From Octopus sinensis (lineage: Eukaryota), in the NCBI RefSeq assembly GCF_006345805.1, contig NC_043008.1:13268001-13332000 (forward strand): 64,000 nucleotides of DNA, in the 5' to 3' direction. A program made the translations under genes and the position numbers. Below, piece by piece: positions 1-11,814 of this stretch (positions are counted from its first letter, which is position 1; each line of letters opens with the position of its first letter). The notes below the pieces were generated by a model. It was not told where the DNA came from and searched no databases. It was given only the letters and a program-made list of their open reading frames with translations.

Positions 1-30
1 AAATTCTTGATTATATACAAACATACATGC

Positions 31-63
<33 letters not shown>

Positions 64-821
64 AATTTCAATAATGAGGGTGATTAATTGAATATTAATT
101 TAATTAACGTAAGTAAAATCGTTAATGACGAAACCTGTCTACGATTAATTCTTTATTTTGTATATTTTTATCTGCCTTACCCGCTTAGGTTCTGGTGTTT
201 GCTGAATTTCTCTAGAGAACATTAATTTCTTTGTGGTTAGATCGTAGGTGGTCTTCTTCTAGCATAATGGATGTCCACTTAGTGGTCATCGCCCCTTATA
301 CGCATATATATACGCATACATATATGTATATATATATATATCGTACGCCTAGGTTCGCGCGTGTTTCTATGTATGCATTAACATTGCAGTGTATAAGCCT
401 ATGTTTTTGCCTGTGTGCCTATCTTTTAATCAATATCTCAGCTTTTCTCTATTGTCGATATGCATCTATTTGTATTGCGTGGATTCGAAAATTTAATTGG
501 AAGTAAAATTATAATTTTGTTGATTCATTTAATGTTATGACCAAAAATTAATTGAAGATTATGAATTAATGATTAAGAATGTAAGAATTAAGTAAACATA
601 CAACATTATCAGAAAATTAAAAATCTAATGAGAATAATTTACAAATGAATTGCCGAGAATTTAGGAGATTGTGGCAAGGTCATACTGTAGGTGTAATTGA
701 AGGGAATATAAAAAAAATTATCTAATCTTCTCTGCACTTCACCAAATAGAGAGCAAACAATTATATTATAACGTGCATGATTGTATGAATGCCTGCCTAA
801 AGATATAACTGTTACTCTTTT

Positions 822-1223
822 TCTCTTTTACTCTTTTACTTGTTTCAGTCATTTTGACTGCGGCCATGCTGGAGCACCGCCTTTAGTCGAGCAAATCGAC
901 CCCGGGACTTATTCTTTGTAAGCCCTGTGCTTATTCTATCGGTCTCTTTTGCCGAACCGCTAAGTGACGGGGACGTAAACACACCAGCATCGTTTGTCAA
1001 ACAATGCTAGGGGGACAAACACAGACACACAAACACACACACACACATATACATATATACGACAGGCTTCTTTCAGTTTCCGTCTACCAAATCCACTCAC
1101 AATGCATTGGTCGTCCCGGGGCTATAGCAGAAGACACTTGCCCAAGATGCCACGCAGTGGGACTGAACCCGGAACCATGTGGTTGGTTAGCAAGCTACTT
1201 ACCAGACAGCCACTCCTGAGCCT
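822..1223 (-). mobile_element. SINE group A, full length (tRNA-like head, internal microsatellite, ...GAAACAAGTAAAAGAG tail)
   Basis: On the minus strand: GGAGTGGCTGTCTGG (A-box-like), GGTTCAGTCCC (B-box-like), an internal (TA)/(TG) tract and the GCGGTGCTCCAGCATGGCCGCAGTC tail. Aligns by eye with more than 10 other copies in the window. Confidence 0.9.
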
Positions 1224-1280
1224 GTTAACGTAAGTTTGTGTGTATAAATTGTAAAAATTTAAAAAATTCTGTGTATATTT

Positions 1281-1597
1281 TTATTTATTTATGCGCCCTT
1301 TTTCAAGCCTAGCCAGGCTCATGAGCCCGGTTTCCCGGTTTCTGTGGCGTGTGTGTTCCCCCCAGCTGGACGGGACGCCAGTCCATCGCAGCGTTGCTCC
1401 AGAAACAGGAAGAGAGAGTGAGAGAAAGTTGGGGCAAAATAGTACAACAGGGGTCGCCACCACCTTCTGCGGGAGCCTTGTGGAGCTTTTAGGTGTTTTC
1501 GCTCAATAAACACACACAACGCCCGGTCTGGGAATCAAAACTGTGATCCTCCGACCGCGAGTCCGCTGCCCTAACCACTGGGCTATTGCTCTTCCAC
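1281..1597 (-). mobile_element. SINE group B head with alternative tail 1 (CTGCGATGGACTGGCGTCCCGTCCAG...GAAACCGGGA)
   Basis: The head matches the copies at 56434 and 59872. The tail matches 63475-63605 and ends in (ATAA)n. Confidence 0.85.
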
Positions 1598-1756
1598 TTC
1601 TGTGTATATATTCATATGAATATGCGATCAAGTATATTTATGTTTGTCATATTGATATGTTAAGTGTTAATCTAAGTCACTACAATATATATTCTGCTCC
1701 GAAACATAGATTCACGCCAGCATGCACTCACATACAAGCGTTTTTTTTGTTTGTTC

Positions 1757-2726
1757 GTATGTATGCATATATGCATGCATGCATACATGTATGTATGTAT
1801 GTATGTATGTATGTATGTATGTATGTATGTATGTATGTATGTATGTATGCATGTATGCATGCATGCATGTATGTATGCATGTATGTATGCTTGTGTATGT
1901 ATGTATGTATGTATGTATGTATGTATGTATGTATGTATGTATGTATGTATGTGTGTATGTATGTATGTATGTATGCATGTATGCATGCATGCATGTATGT
2001 ATGCATGTATGTATGCTTGTGTATGTATGTATGTATGTATGTATGTATGTGTGTATGTATGTATGTATGTATGTATGTATGTATGTATGAATGTATGTAT
2101 GTATGTATGCATGTATGCATGCATGCATGTATGTATGCATGTATGTATGCTTGTGTATGTATGTATGTATGTATGTATGTATGTGTGTATGTATGTTTGT
2201 ATGTTTGTATGTATGTATGTATGTATGTATGTGTGTATGTATGTATGTATGTATGTATGCATGCATGCATGTATGTATGCATGTATGTATGTGTGTATGC
2301 ATGTATGTATGTATGTATGTATGTATGTATGTTTGTATGTATGTATGTATGTATGTATGTATGTATGTATGTATGTATGTATGTATGTATGTGTATGTAT
2401 GTATGTATGTATGTGTGTATGTATGTATGTATGCATGTATGCATGTATGCATGCATGTATGTATGTATGTATGCATGTATGCATGCATGCATGTATGTAT
2501 GTATGCATGTATGCATGTATGCATGCATGTATGTATGTATGTATGTATGTATGCATGTATGCATGCATGCATGTATGTATGTATGTATGTATGTATGTAT
2601 GTATGTATGTATGTATGTATGTATGCATGTATGCATGCATGCATGTATGTATGTATGTATGTATGTATGTATGTATGCATGTATGCATGCATGCATGTAT
2701 GTATGCATGTATGTATGCTTGTGTAT
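1757..2726. repeat. About 970-bp compound (ATGT)n/(ATGC)n tetranucleotide array
   Basis: Directly visible. It explains the 250-400 aa MYVC/HTYI ORFs. Confidence 0.97.
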
Positions 2727-2863
2727 CTGTGTTTGAGGGTGAAACGAAAAATGAGCTACGGTGACACAGAATGCATGGATGTTGGGGCTGAGTGGGTAAC
2801 TAGATGCTGGCGAGTGAAAAGGGTTCGATGGTAAGATGGCTGTGGAGAAAGAAAAGGAATATT

Positions 2864-2950
2864 AAGGTGGTGAGCTGGCAGAATCATCATCATCGCGAAG
2901 AAACTATTTTACGACATTACTTTCTGTGTGTTCTGAGTTGAGATTGCGGC
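2864..2950 (+). mobile_element. Degenerate SINE group C head
   Basis: AAGGTGGTGAGCTGGCAGAATC...GTTCTGAGTT resembles the group C head at 28662. Confidence 0.55.
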
Positions 2951-3444
2951 GCTGTCATTCATGGCATTTCTGAACAATAGGATTTCGTGTTGGTAAAGGT
3001 GACGTACTTGGGCTCATAATATAAGTAACATTCATCAATAATGAAATGTTAAACACCATCTTTGGAGGCTTATGTAGGAACATAGCAAGTAATGATGTCA
3101 GTGCGCTAGCTAAAATTTTACAAAATTTTATGTGGGATTAACTCTTTTCGGACGAAGAGGTTTGTGGCTTTGATGGTTGAAAAATGTATAGATTAGCTGA
3201 TGTGGTATAGTCTGCCTTTCATTGCTGTGTTCCGAATCGTTGGTCAATTGTATATTGATATGGTTAATAAGCGCGATATGTATCTCAGGGATCGATTCGA
3301 TATACTGCGATTGTAACACACAAATTCGCTTAAACTGCAGTGTCCCGTTCAAGACGAATTCATTCATAACGCTGAGTTCGGCGAAAGAGGTTTTCTAATG
3401 TAAGAAAAGTAATTCAAAAGGAACAAAATTAGCAATTTATATAT

Positions 3445-3854
3445 TCTTTTCTACTCTAGGAACAAGGCCCGAAATTTTGGGGTAGTGGGGGCCAGTCGAT
3501 TGGTACTTAATTTATCTGGCTCGAAAGGATGAAAGGCAAAGCCGACCTCGGCATAATTTGAACTCAGAACGTAAAGGCAGACAAAATACTGATAAGTATT
3601 ACGCATGGCGTGTTAACGTTTCTTATTTCTTTATTGCCCAGAAGGGCTAAACATAGAGGGGACAAACAAGGACAGACATAGGTATTAAGTCGATTACATC
3701 GACCCCAGTGCGTAACTGGTACTTAATATATCGACCCCGAAAGAATGACAGGCAAAGTTGACCTCGGCGGAATTTGAACTCCGAACATAGCAGCAGACGA
3801 AATACCGCTAAGCAGTTCACCCGGCGTGTTAACGTTTCTACCAGCTCGCTGCCT
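3445..3854 (-). mobile_element. SINE group C, two-unit form
   Basis: Minus-strand head GGCAGCGAGCTGGTAGAAACG, two GAGTTC(A/G)AATT B-box-like motifs and a GCCTxTCATxCTTTCG(G/A)G core in both units. Confidence 0.85.
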
Positions 3855-4365
3855 TTTCACCAATTTATATATTAGAAACTTAGTTCCTTATACCGTATGC
3901 GTTTATTAATGTTATTTCCTTTCCGTTACAAACTGTAGTATTTCGATCACTCGCAGATACATATTCTTGCGTATACAAATATAAGTATTGTGAATGAGCG
4001 CGCATACTTTCGCTTATGCTATGTCAGTTTCTTTAAATTCGTTCTGTACAAGATCAGGCGTCTTCGATTCTGATATTCTCACAAAGTGAAACTTTAATGG
4101 GTGCCAGTTCTTCCGTTTACTCTAGTAACAGGATTAAAGGAATCAATAGAACGAAAAACAAACATTCTGCTAGAAAAGCTTTAAAACAAGCATTCATTCT
4201 ATAAAACCACAGCATTTTAAAAAGGTTACAACGTAAAATTCATTACAGGAATAAACAAGGCATTAATAAGATAATTACCCAAACGGTGGTGCCCCTTCAT
4301 GACCGCAGTGAAATATCTGAAAGAAGTAAAATAATGAAAAATTAAAGAGAATAATATCTACATAT

Positions 4366-4583
4366 TACGAGGTAGGGTGATGAAAAATTCCTGGTTTGGG
4401 GTAAAAGTGAATAAAAAAGGTTCAGTTAATTATGATTTTATTCACCATATTCCCCTCACACATCCACTTATTGCAGTGATCCTTCATTTTTTCTCAACCC
4501 CTTAAAAGAATTCGGAAGGTTGAGCCTCCAGCCAGGCCTTTCGCGAGACCCTGAAACCCAGGAATTTTTCAGGTCCTCCCCAT
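4366..4583. mobile_element. Tc1/mariner-type MITE (about 215 bp)
   Basis: Imperfect TIRs TACGAGG...TGAAAAATTCCTGG / CCAGGAATTTTTCA...CCTCCC. The internal sequence is shared with 19244 and 32705. Confidence 0.65.
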
Positions 4584-4789
4584 GCGAGGCAATACGTTAT
4601 ATATCAAAATAATCAGTTCAGGTTTGTTTGAAAATAAGACATTTTCATCTAATTTTCGTTGGGTGGGAGCTGTTCAGTGTTACAATAATTCACTGGAGAA
4701 TTAAGGCAATGGAAAATTACAAGAAGACGTTGATGCGCGTAAGTAAATCACCCTAAGCATGATTTCGGACTAAGGTTGATTAATATAAT

Positions 4790-5370
4790 CGTTCATATTC
4801 CTTTCAAATTTTGATACACATCCAGTAATTTAGAGATTGAGAATAATTCGATTACATTGATCTCAGTGCCCAACTTGTATACACTTTGCCGACCCTGAAA
4901 TAATGAATGGTTAATTTGCCCTCGACGGAATTTGAACACAGAACGTGAAGATAGACAAAATACCTATTTCTTTAGTACCCACAAGGGGCTAAACACAGGG
5001 AGGACAAACAAGGACAGACAAATGGAGTATGACGATTATATCGACCCCAGTGCGTAACTGGTATTTATTTAATCGACCCCGAGAGGATGAAAGGCAAAGT
5101 CGACCTCGGCGGATTTGGACTTAGAACGTGAAGACAGTCGAAATACTTATTTCTTTACTACCCACAAGGGGCTAAACACAGAGAGGACAAATAAGGACAG
5201 AAAAACGGATTAAGTCGATTATATCGACCCCAGTGCGAAACTAGTACTTAATTTATCGACCTTGAAATGATGATCGACCTCGGCGGAATTTGAACTCAGA
5301 ACGTAACGGTAGTCGAAATACGGCTACGCATTTCGCCCAGCGTGCTAACGTTTCTGCCAGCTCGCTGCCC
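4790..5370 (-). mobile_element. SINE group C, three-unit concatemer
   Basis: One head at 5370, then three units of about 175-183 bp with boundaries near 5321, 5146 and 4963. Each unit has a B-box-like motif. Confidence 0.85.
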
Positions 5371-6949
5371 TAATATAATCATTCGTATTGGTTTCCAATT
5401 ATGGCATAATGCCAGCAAGTCCGTGGGAAGAGCTAAGCCAATTACATCGACCCCAGAGCTTCACAAGTTCTTATTTGGATGAGAAATACCAACAATATTG
5501 CTGGAATATAGGAAAATGTTAAAATGTATACAATCAATATATTATAAAAAAATATATATCTACAACTAATTACTCTATTATTTTTAATAATGAATATACG
5601 ACGACATAGATAGTAATAAATTTGCTAGGTTAGTTGGAAGCTATAAGTATTTGCTAAATCTCATATGTTGGGTGATCCTGTGCAGAGAATTCTACTTCCA
5701 TAATAATTTTAAATATTGTAAATGATTTTATCGCCGTAAGATAATTTCATTTTATGTTAAATAATCGTTAACACTTCATAATGTTTCGTTACCGTTTCTT
5801 AGCCAAATCTAGTGAAACAGAAGGTTACCAGTTTAACTATATGTGGGTGTTTTATAAGCGAGTGCATGCGTATACAGGTGCGTGTAATACACAGAAATGA
5901 TTAAAATTCAAATATTTCAAGTTAAAAGGAAAACAAAATATCTCGTATAAAAAAAACAACTCTTGTCTGGTTTTGGTATTATATGCTTTATCTCTTTGAT
6001 TCTCATTTTCCTCTCTCCTTCGGTTGCTTCTCTCGTTTCTTCTTTTGTATTCTTTAATTTATTTGTCTACTTCGTTATTTCAATTTAGCCCTTTCCCATC
6101 TCATTCTATTTTCTTTTTAGCATTTAATAGTTTTATTTCTCTCCGGTTTTACTCTCTCTCTTTTTTATTTTCTTCACTCACAAGAACTGCATGATTTTAT
6201 GAAAGATACTTAGCAAGACGAAAATACTTATGTAATTTCACGGCAAATTGCGAAATGTTAATTTCAATTCTATGTACAATAAATGTCAATTCTAATTGAG
6301 TTGGGTGCGTTTTATTAAAAGCAGCCAAGTTATTGTATTGTAATAAAGCCGTAGCTAAGAAAAATTGGCGAATCACGTGTTTAAGTCTTTACAAACATTT
6401 TTTGTTTTTTTTTTCTCATGAAATTCTTAGAAATTCAACTACGTTTTGTCTCTAAATCGATTTTGAATATTTCAAACATCGTTTAACTATTCAAAAGCAA
6501 GGAAATCAGATATGGAAAACAGGTAAATCTATTAAAAAACGCAGTCATGCAAAAAAACACGATGGAAACGAAAGGTGCGCTGAAGAATATCTAAGCAACA
6601 AAGCAATTTAAAATAGATGCTGAAGAGGGACGAAAATTTGATGATACAGAACAGAACATTCAGCAACACACAATAATGATATTCTTGAGATTATTGCCTT
6701 CTAAGAATTTTGGGCGCACATCCAAACGCAAAGAAAATTGCTTTTCATCCTTTTGTGCGTGGTAATATAATTAGTGTGTACGCCATCGAGTGTATTAAAA
6801 TATATTTGATGAACGATTCTCATACCACCTGTATGTGTATGTGTGTATACTGCAGCAAGAGGGTACAGACATAGGATATATATCCGTACTTATATGTATA
6901 TATAAATATGTGTGCGTATGTATAATTATATGCACACACACATACACAC

Positions 6950-6959
6950 ACACGCATAC

Positions 6960-7025
<66 letters not shown>

Positions 7026-7087
7026 CATACAGATATATATAGCGAGATAATAAAGGCATATATATATATACACATACATACATACAT

Positions 7088-7119
<32 letters not shown>

Positions 7120-7142
7120 CACACACACATATATATATATAT

Positions 7143-7188
<46 letters not shown>

Positions 7189-7190
7189 TC
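6950..7190. repeat. (TA)n/(CA)n compound microsatellite
   Basis: Directly visible. Confidence 0.95.
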
Positions 7191-7386
7191 ATACAACTGA
7201 AAATATTCAAGTTCTGAATACGCGATGTAAGCTATCATTTTGCTATTCTGAAAACGTATATGTGCGTTTGTACAGATAGGTGGATATATGCATTTAGCGT
7301 TTCCTTTCTCAGTCGCTAGGTATATGTATGTCTGTAGATGTATGCATATAAGCAATTACATGCATATATATATACATATATAAAGT

Positions 7387-7485
7387 AAAGACTATTTACC
7401 AACAGAATGTGGCAGTCCTGGATGGAACTAATGTTACTGCTGTTTAGCCTAAGGAAACGTCGTTTCCAGCTGGCTATGCGTCACA
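7387..7485. mobile_element. Partial arm of the fold-back MITE family seen at 10530
   Basis: TATTTACCAACAGAATGTGGCAGT...ATGTTACTGCT...TTTCCAGCTGGC matches the left arm of 10530-10759. Confidence 0.6.
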
Positions 7486-8055
7486 ATATATGTCCTAATA
7501 ATTTCAAACAGGGGAGCTCAGCTCCCCATCCACCACAAAGGAACATCTGTGGACCGGTTTCTTGGTTATTGCACTTTATCGGCACAGTGTAGCAACCCGA
7601 CTAGAGGTCACTGCTGAATTATCGTTCGAAAATGTATAAATTTCAGTCAGACACTCACTGATCTAATAAACAGAAACATTATTATTTCTAAATCTCTTGA
7701 AAGTAAAGTCTATGTGCAAACATAATGTAGAAGTCGTAGATGTGACGAATGTTCCTAATGTTTAGAAATAATAATGTCTCTCTTTATTAAATCAGAGACT
7801 GTTAAATATGAATGCCAGTCATATTTCTTTATCACCCAATGTGATACGTCTGCACCACCGGATGCTCCCGAACCAGTTGTTGAGTGTCCCAAGAGAGTAA
7901 TCGATGCTAGATGTGTCGAAACAATTGTTGCGATGAATAATATTTCTCGTATATTCATCTTCTGTCTTTCATTTGTTATTTACCTAACGATCACTCTGAA
8001 AGTGACTGCGCTTACCAGTAAGCTACCAGGTGTAAACCATTCATTTTATTATCCA

Positions 8056-8137
<82 letters not shown>

Positions 8138-8140
<3 letters not shown>

Positions 8141-8411
8141 GCGCAATGGACCAGTGGTTTCGATTCCTAGAACGGGCGTTGTGAGTGTTTAATGACCGAA
8201 AACACCTAAAGATCACGAGGCTCGGGCAGGGAGTGGTGGCGATCCCTGCTGTACTCTTTCGCCATAACTTTCTCTCACTCTTTCTTCTGTTGGCCTGCTC
8301 GCTTAGCCAGCGGGGTGGCGTCATTTGAAGGCTAAAAACAATGCGAAGCGCATTGTGACCAGCGATGTGTAGCAACATCTGATAGCCTGGTCGGTCACGG
8401 TGATCACGGTG
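8138..8411 (+). mobile_element. SINE group B head (internally deleted) with alternative tail 2 (...CTGATAGCCTGGTCGGTCACGGTGATCACGGTG)
   Basis: GAGGCGCAATGGACCAGTGGTT head and GAAAACACCTAAA body as in other B copies. The tail is unlike any other B copy. Embedded in (TA)n. Confidence 0.8.
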
Positions 8412-8425
8412 TAATATATATATAT

Positions 8426-8464
<39 letters not shown>

Positions 8465-9533
8465 TCCCATATTCAATGGGATTACTGTGATATCAGTGAT
8501 TTATACACCATGGAAACTAGGTTACTGCGCTATAAGTCTTGGAACTCAAAACAGTAACGAGGAAGCGGAGGAGGAGAGGGAGAAGGGTGAGGAAGTAGAT
8601 GATCACGATAATAATGATGATGATCATGATGATGGATTTAAGGAAGAAATGATAGCAAACTTGACACGGTTTTATTTCTTTACAAACACTGGTGGAAAAG
8701 CAACTTCCAGTGGTCCAATTCATAATTTACATTAGATATCAGGGGTTTACCTAGGATACCAATTAAAATTAAGTGAGCATTTCGGATATATTTTCTTCAT
8801 GCATTATATCCTTGATAGAGAAATTATAAATATATACATGTCAACAATTACTGCTCAATTAAACTCCCTCTCCTATACAAAATTATGCTTCGCTGATGTC
8901 TGTCAATAGCGAAAACTTTTTAACATGAAAGCAGTCTCTCGAACACTAATTTATATATAACACATTTTGCTCTAAGTTACCGTATTATTAGTTTGTGTTA
9001 AGAGTTAACGTAATTTACTTTAAAGAAAAGCAAACAATGGCACCGAGAGACTGTGAGAAGATATTTGCAGCAAATTTCTACAGGTAATTGACAAACAAAT
9101 AATAAAAAGAACAATTTTAATATGTAGGCAAACATTCTGAATTTCGGCCTCGAGCGGTAAAGGTATGTATATATATAAAACAATGTCTAAAATCTTCCTT
9201 CCAATATGGCTGACATTAATAGAGTATTTGCAACGAATCAATACCTAAATTGTTGTTTCAAAAAAAATCTACTGACGTCAAACTATATTCAGGTCATGTT
9301 ATTTCGGTTTCAAATAAGATATCTATCATCAAAAATTGGATAATGTTGAAATACATATAGAGAGAAGAGAGAATTTATGGTGATACTTATTCATGCAGGA
9401 ATAGAGACATGATCCATTGTGATTCTGTTCTTTTTGCGAAAGGAAATATCTCTTCAGACATGCACAACAATACAAACAGTTTTATATAACAATACATACA
9501 CGCAGATACATTTCTGTCTCTATGTCTGTCTGT

Positions 9534-9593
<60 letters not shown>

Positions 9594-9700
9594 CTCACTC
9601 CTTTCACACTTTTATACCATCACGAGTGGAAAGCAAATTATCAGTCGTACAGGCAAATTAATAAAATATATACATACAATATTAGATATGTACATATATA

Positions 9701-9917
9701 GAGGCGCAATGGCCTAGTGGTTAGGGCAGCGGACTTGCGGTCGGAGGATCGCGGTTTCGATTCCCAGACCGGGCGTTGTGTGTGTTTATTGAGCGAAAAC
9801 ACCTAAAAGCTCCACAAGGCTCCGGCAGGAGGTGGTGATCCCTGCTGTACTCTTTCACCACTCTAAAAGGCGGTGCTCCAGCATTGCCGCAGCCAAATGA
9901 ATGAAACAAGTACAGAA
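9701..9917 (+). mobile_element. Chimeric SINE: group B head with group A 3' tail
   Basis: B sequence runs to about 9864 (CTCTTTCACCACTCT). It is followed by AAAGGCGGTGCTCCAGCATTGCCGCAGCCAAATGAATGAAACAAG, the A tail. Confidence 0.85.
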
Positions 9918-10332
9918 ATATACACAATGCCATCCCTATATTTATTTATAAATAATTTTACACTTTTCGTTTTTTCTTATAATGTTTAGTCACTTCAAAC
10001 GAACTTTTACATGTATGATGAGGGAGAATTTCAATAGTAATTAGCTGGCAGACTTTGGCTGGTGAGAAATCAGGTACCTATTTGGAGCTAAATTTTGAAA
10101 CCGGTACCAAGTTGACCAGCATTTATTTGTTCTGACCCAATAGAGGAAATACATTGTTACTGTTCATTGATATTTTTTCCTATCATGTCTGTAATAGATT
10201 TGTTACTATTCGGTGGTACAGAAGCATGTTTGACATCTATTTTTTGCGATGTAGGTACTCATGTGGTGCCCTTGTGGTGCCATATATGCACATATATGAT
10301 ATTGTATGTGTATATATATATATATATATGTT

Positions 10333-10394
<62 letters not shown>

Positions 10395-10529
10395 TGTGTG
10401 TGTGATCATATATATATATATATATATATATGGATAGATAGATACATGTACATATATATGAACAGATATGTTTGTATATATAAAGAGAAAACAATTTTTA
10501 ATCTCTGAGCGAGAGATATACAATAACAG

Positions 10530-10759
10530 TACAGAATAGTAAAGTTTATTTACCAACATATTGTGGCAGTTCTATAGAAGAACGATGTTACTGCTACTTA
10601 AACCCCTGAAAACATGTTTTCTAGTTGGCCACCAGCACACTGTGAAACAGTGTGCCGGTAGCCAACTGGAAAATATGTTTTCTGTGGGCAAAATAACAGC
10701 AACATCGTACTTGTATAAGACCGCCACTTTATGTTGGCAAATAAACTTTTCTATTTGTA
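10530..10759. mobile_element. Fold-back (whole-length palindromic) MITE, TA-flanked
   Basis: The arms are imperfect reverse complements over about 110 bp (AAAGTTTATTTACCAACAT / ATGTTGGCAAATAAACTTT). The centre is CAGCACACTG-tgaaa-CAGTGTGCCG and the termini are TACAG / TTGTA. Confidence 0.75.
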
Positions 10760-10782
10760 TATACAAATAAATAAATAAATAT

Positions 10783-10819
<37 letters not shown>

Positions 10820-11374
10820 GATTTTGAATTAATAATATAAGGGTAAAATTTATTAATTATATTGTTTACCGTCATGGAGATTCTTATAGTAGCAGAAAAG
10901 GAATTTTAAACTCCTATTTCTAATTTCGGTATGTGGTGAATCAGTTAGCTGAACCCAAATTGTAATTATATATATATATATGGAAGGGGGAAAGGGTCTT
11001 CGAACTCTCCTTCTTTACAACTGGTGTTGATTTGTTTTACATCCCTGCAAAAGGGTTCAATAATATTGGGTTTATTAGTTCAAATAATTCCATTCAAATT
11101 GGTGCCCCAGCAGGGCAGCAATTTAGAGACTGATACAAATAGAAGAAAATATACAGGGATGTGCAAGGATGTATTTATGCTGACAAATAGTAACCAAACG
11201 GTAAAATGCAAAAATAATCGAGCGAAGCTTTCACCTTGCAGATACACGAGATACTGGACCGGTTATATACACAAAACAATCAGCCTAGGATCGAACTTGA
11301 AATATAGATGGCATAGTTTGTTGAGACCATCGAAAATCTACAAAATTGTTACTGATACCGGTAAATATATTTTT

Positions 11375-11549
11375 AGCACAGGAGTGACTGTGTGGTAAGT
11401 AACTTGCTTACCAACCACGTTTCCGGGTTCATTCCCACTTCGTGGCACCTTGGGCAAGTCTCTTCTACTATATCCTCGGACCGACCAAAGCCTTGTGAGT
11501 GGATTTGGTAGATGGAGACTGAATGAAGCCCGTCTTACATATATATATA

Positions 11550-11605
<56 letters not shown>

Positions 11606-11814
11606 GTGTGTGTGTGTGTCTGTCCCCCAACCATCGCTTGACAACCGATGTCGATGTGTTCACGTCCCCGTAACTAAGTGGTTTGGCAAAAGAGACTGAT
11701 TGAATAAGTACTAGACTTACATAGAATAAGTCCTGAGGTCGATTTGCTCGACTAAAGGCTATGCTCCAGCATGGCCGCAGTCAAATGACTGAAACAAGTA
11801 AAAGAGTAAAAGAG
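11375..11814 (+). mobile_element. SINE group A, full length
   Basis: Head, internal (TA)(TG)n tract and tail are all present. Confidence 0.9.

Noticed and set aside
994-1233. Recurrent ORF family (…RLPNPLTRHWSARGYSRRHLPK…) seen at many loci
   Set aside because: It is a chance frame of SINE-A. Copies differ in frame and stops.
1543-2834. Six long ORFs (247-397 aa) of MYVC/HTYI repeats
   Set aside because: They are translations of the stop-free (ATGT)n array in all frames on both strands, not genes.
3445-5370. Regularly spaced ~175-bp repeats that could suggest a CRISPR-like array
   Set aside because: The units are whole SINE modules with no unique spacers, and the context is eukaryotic.
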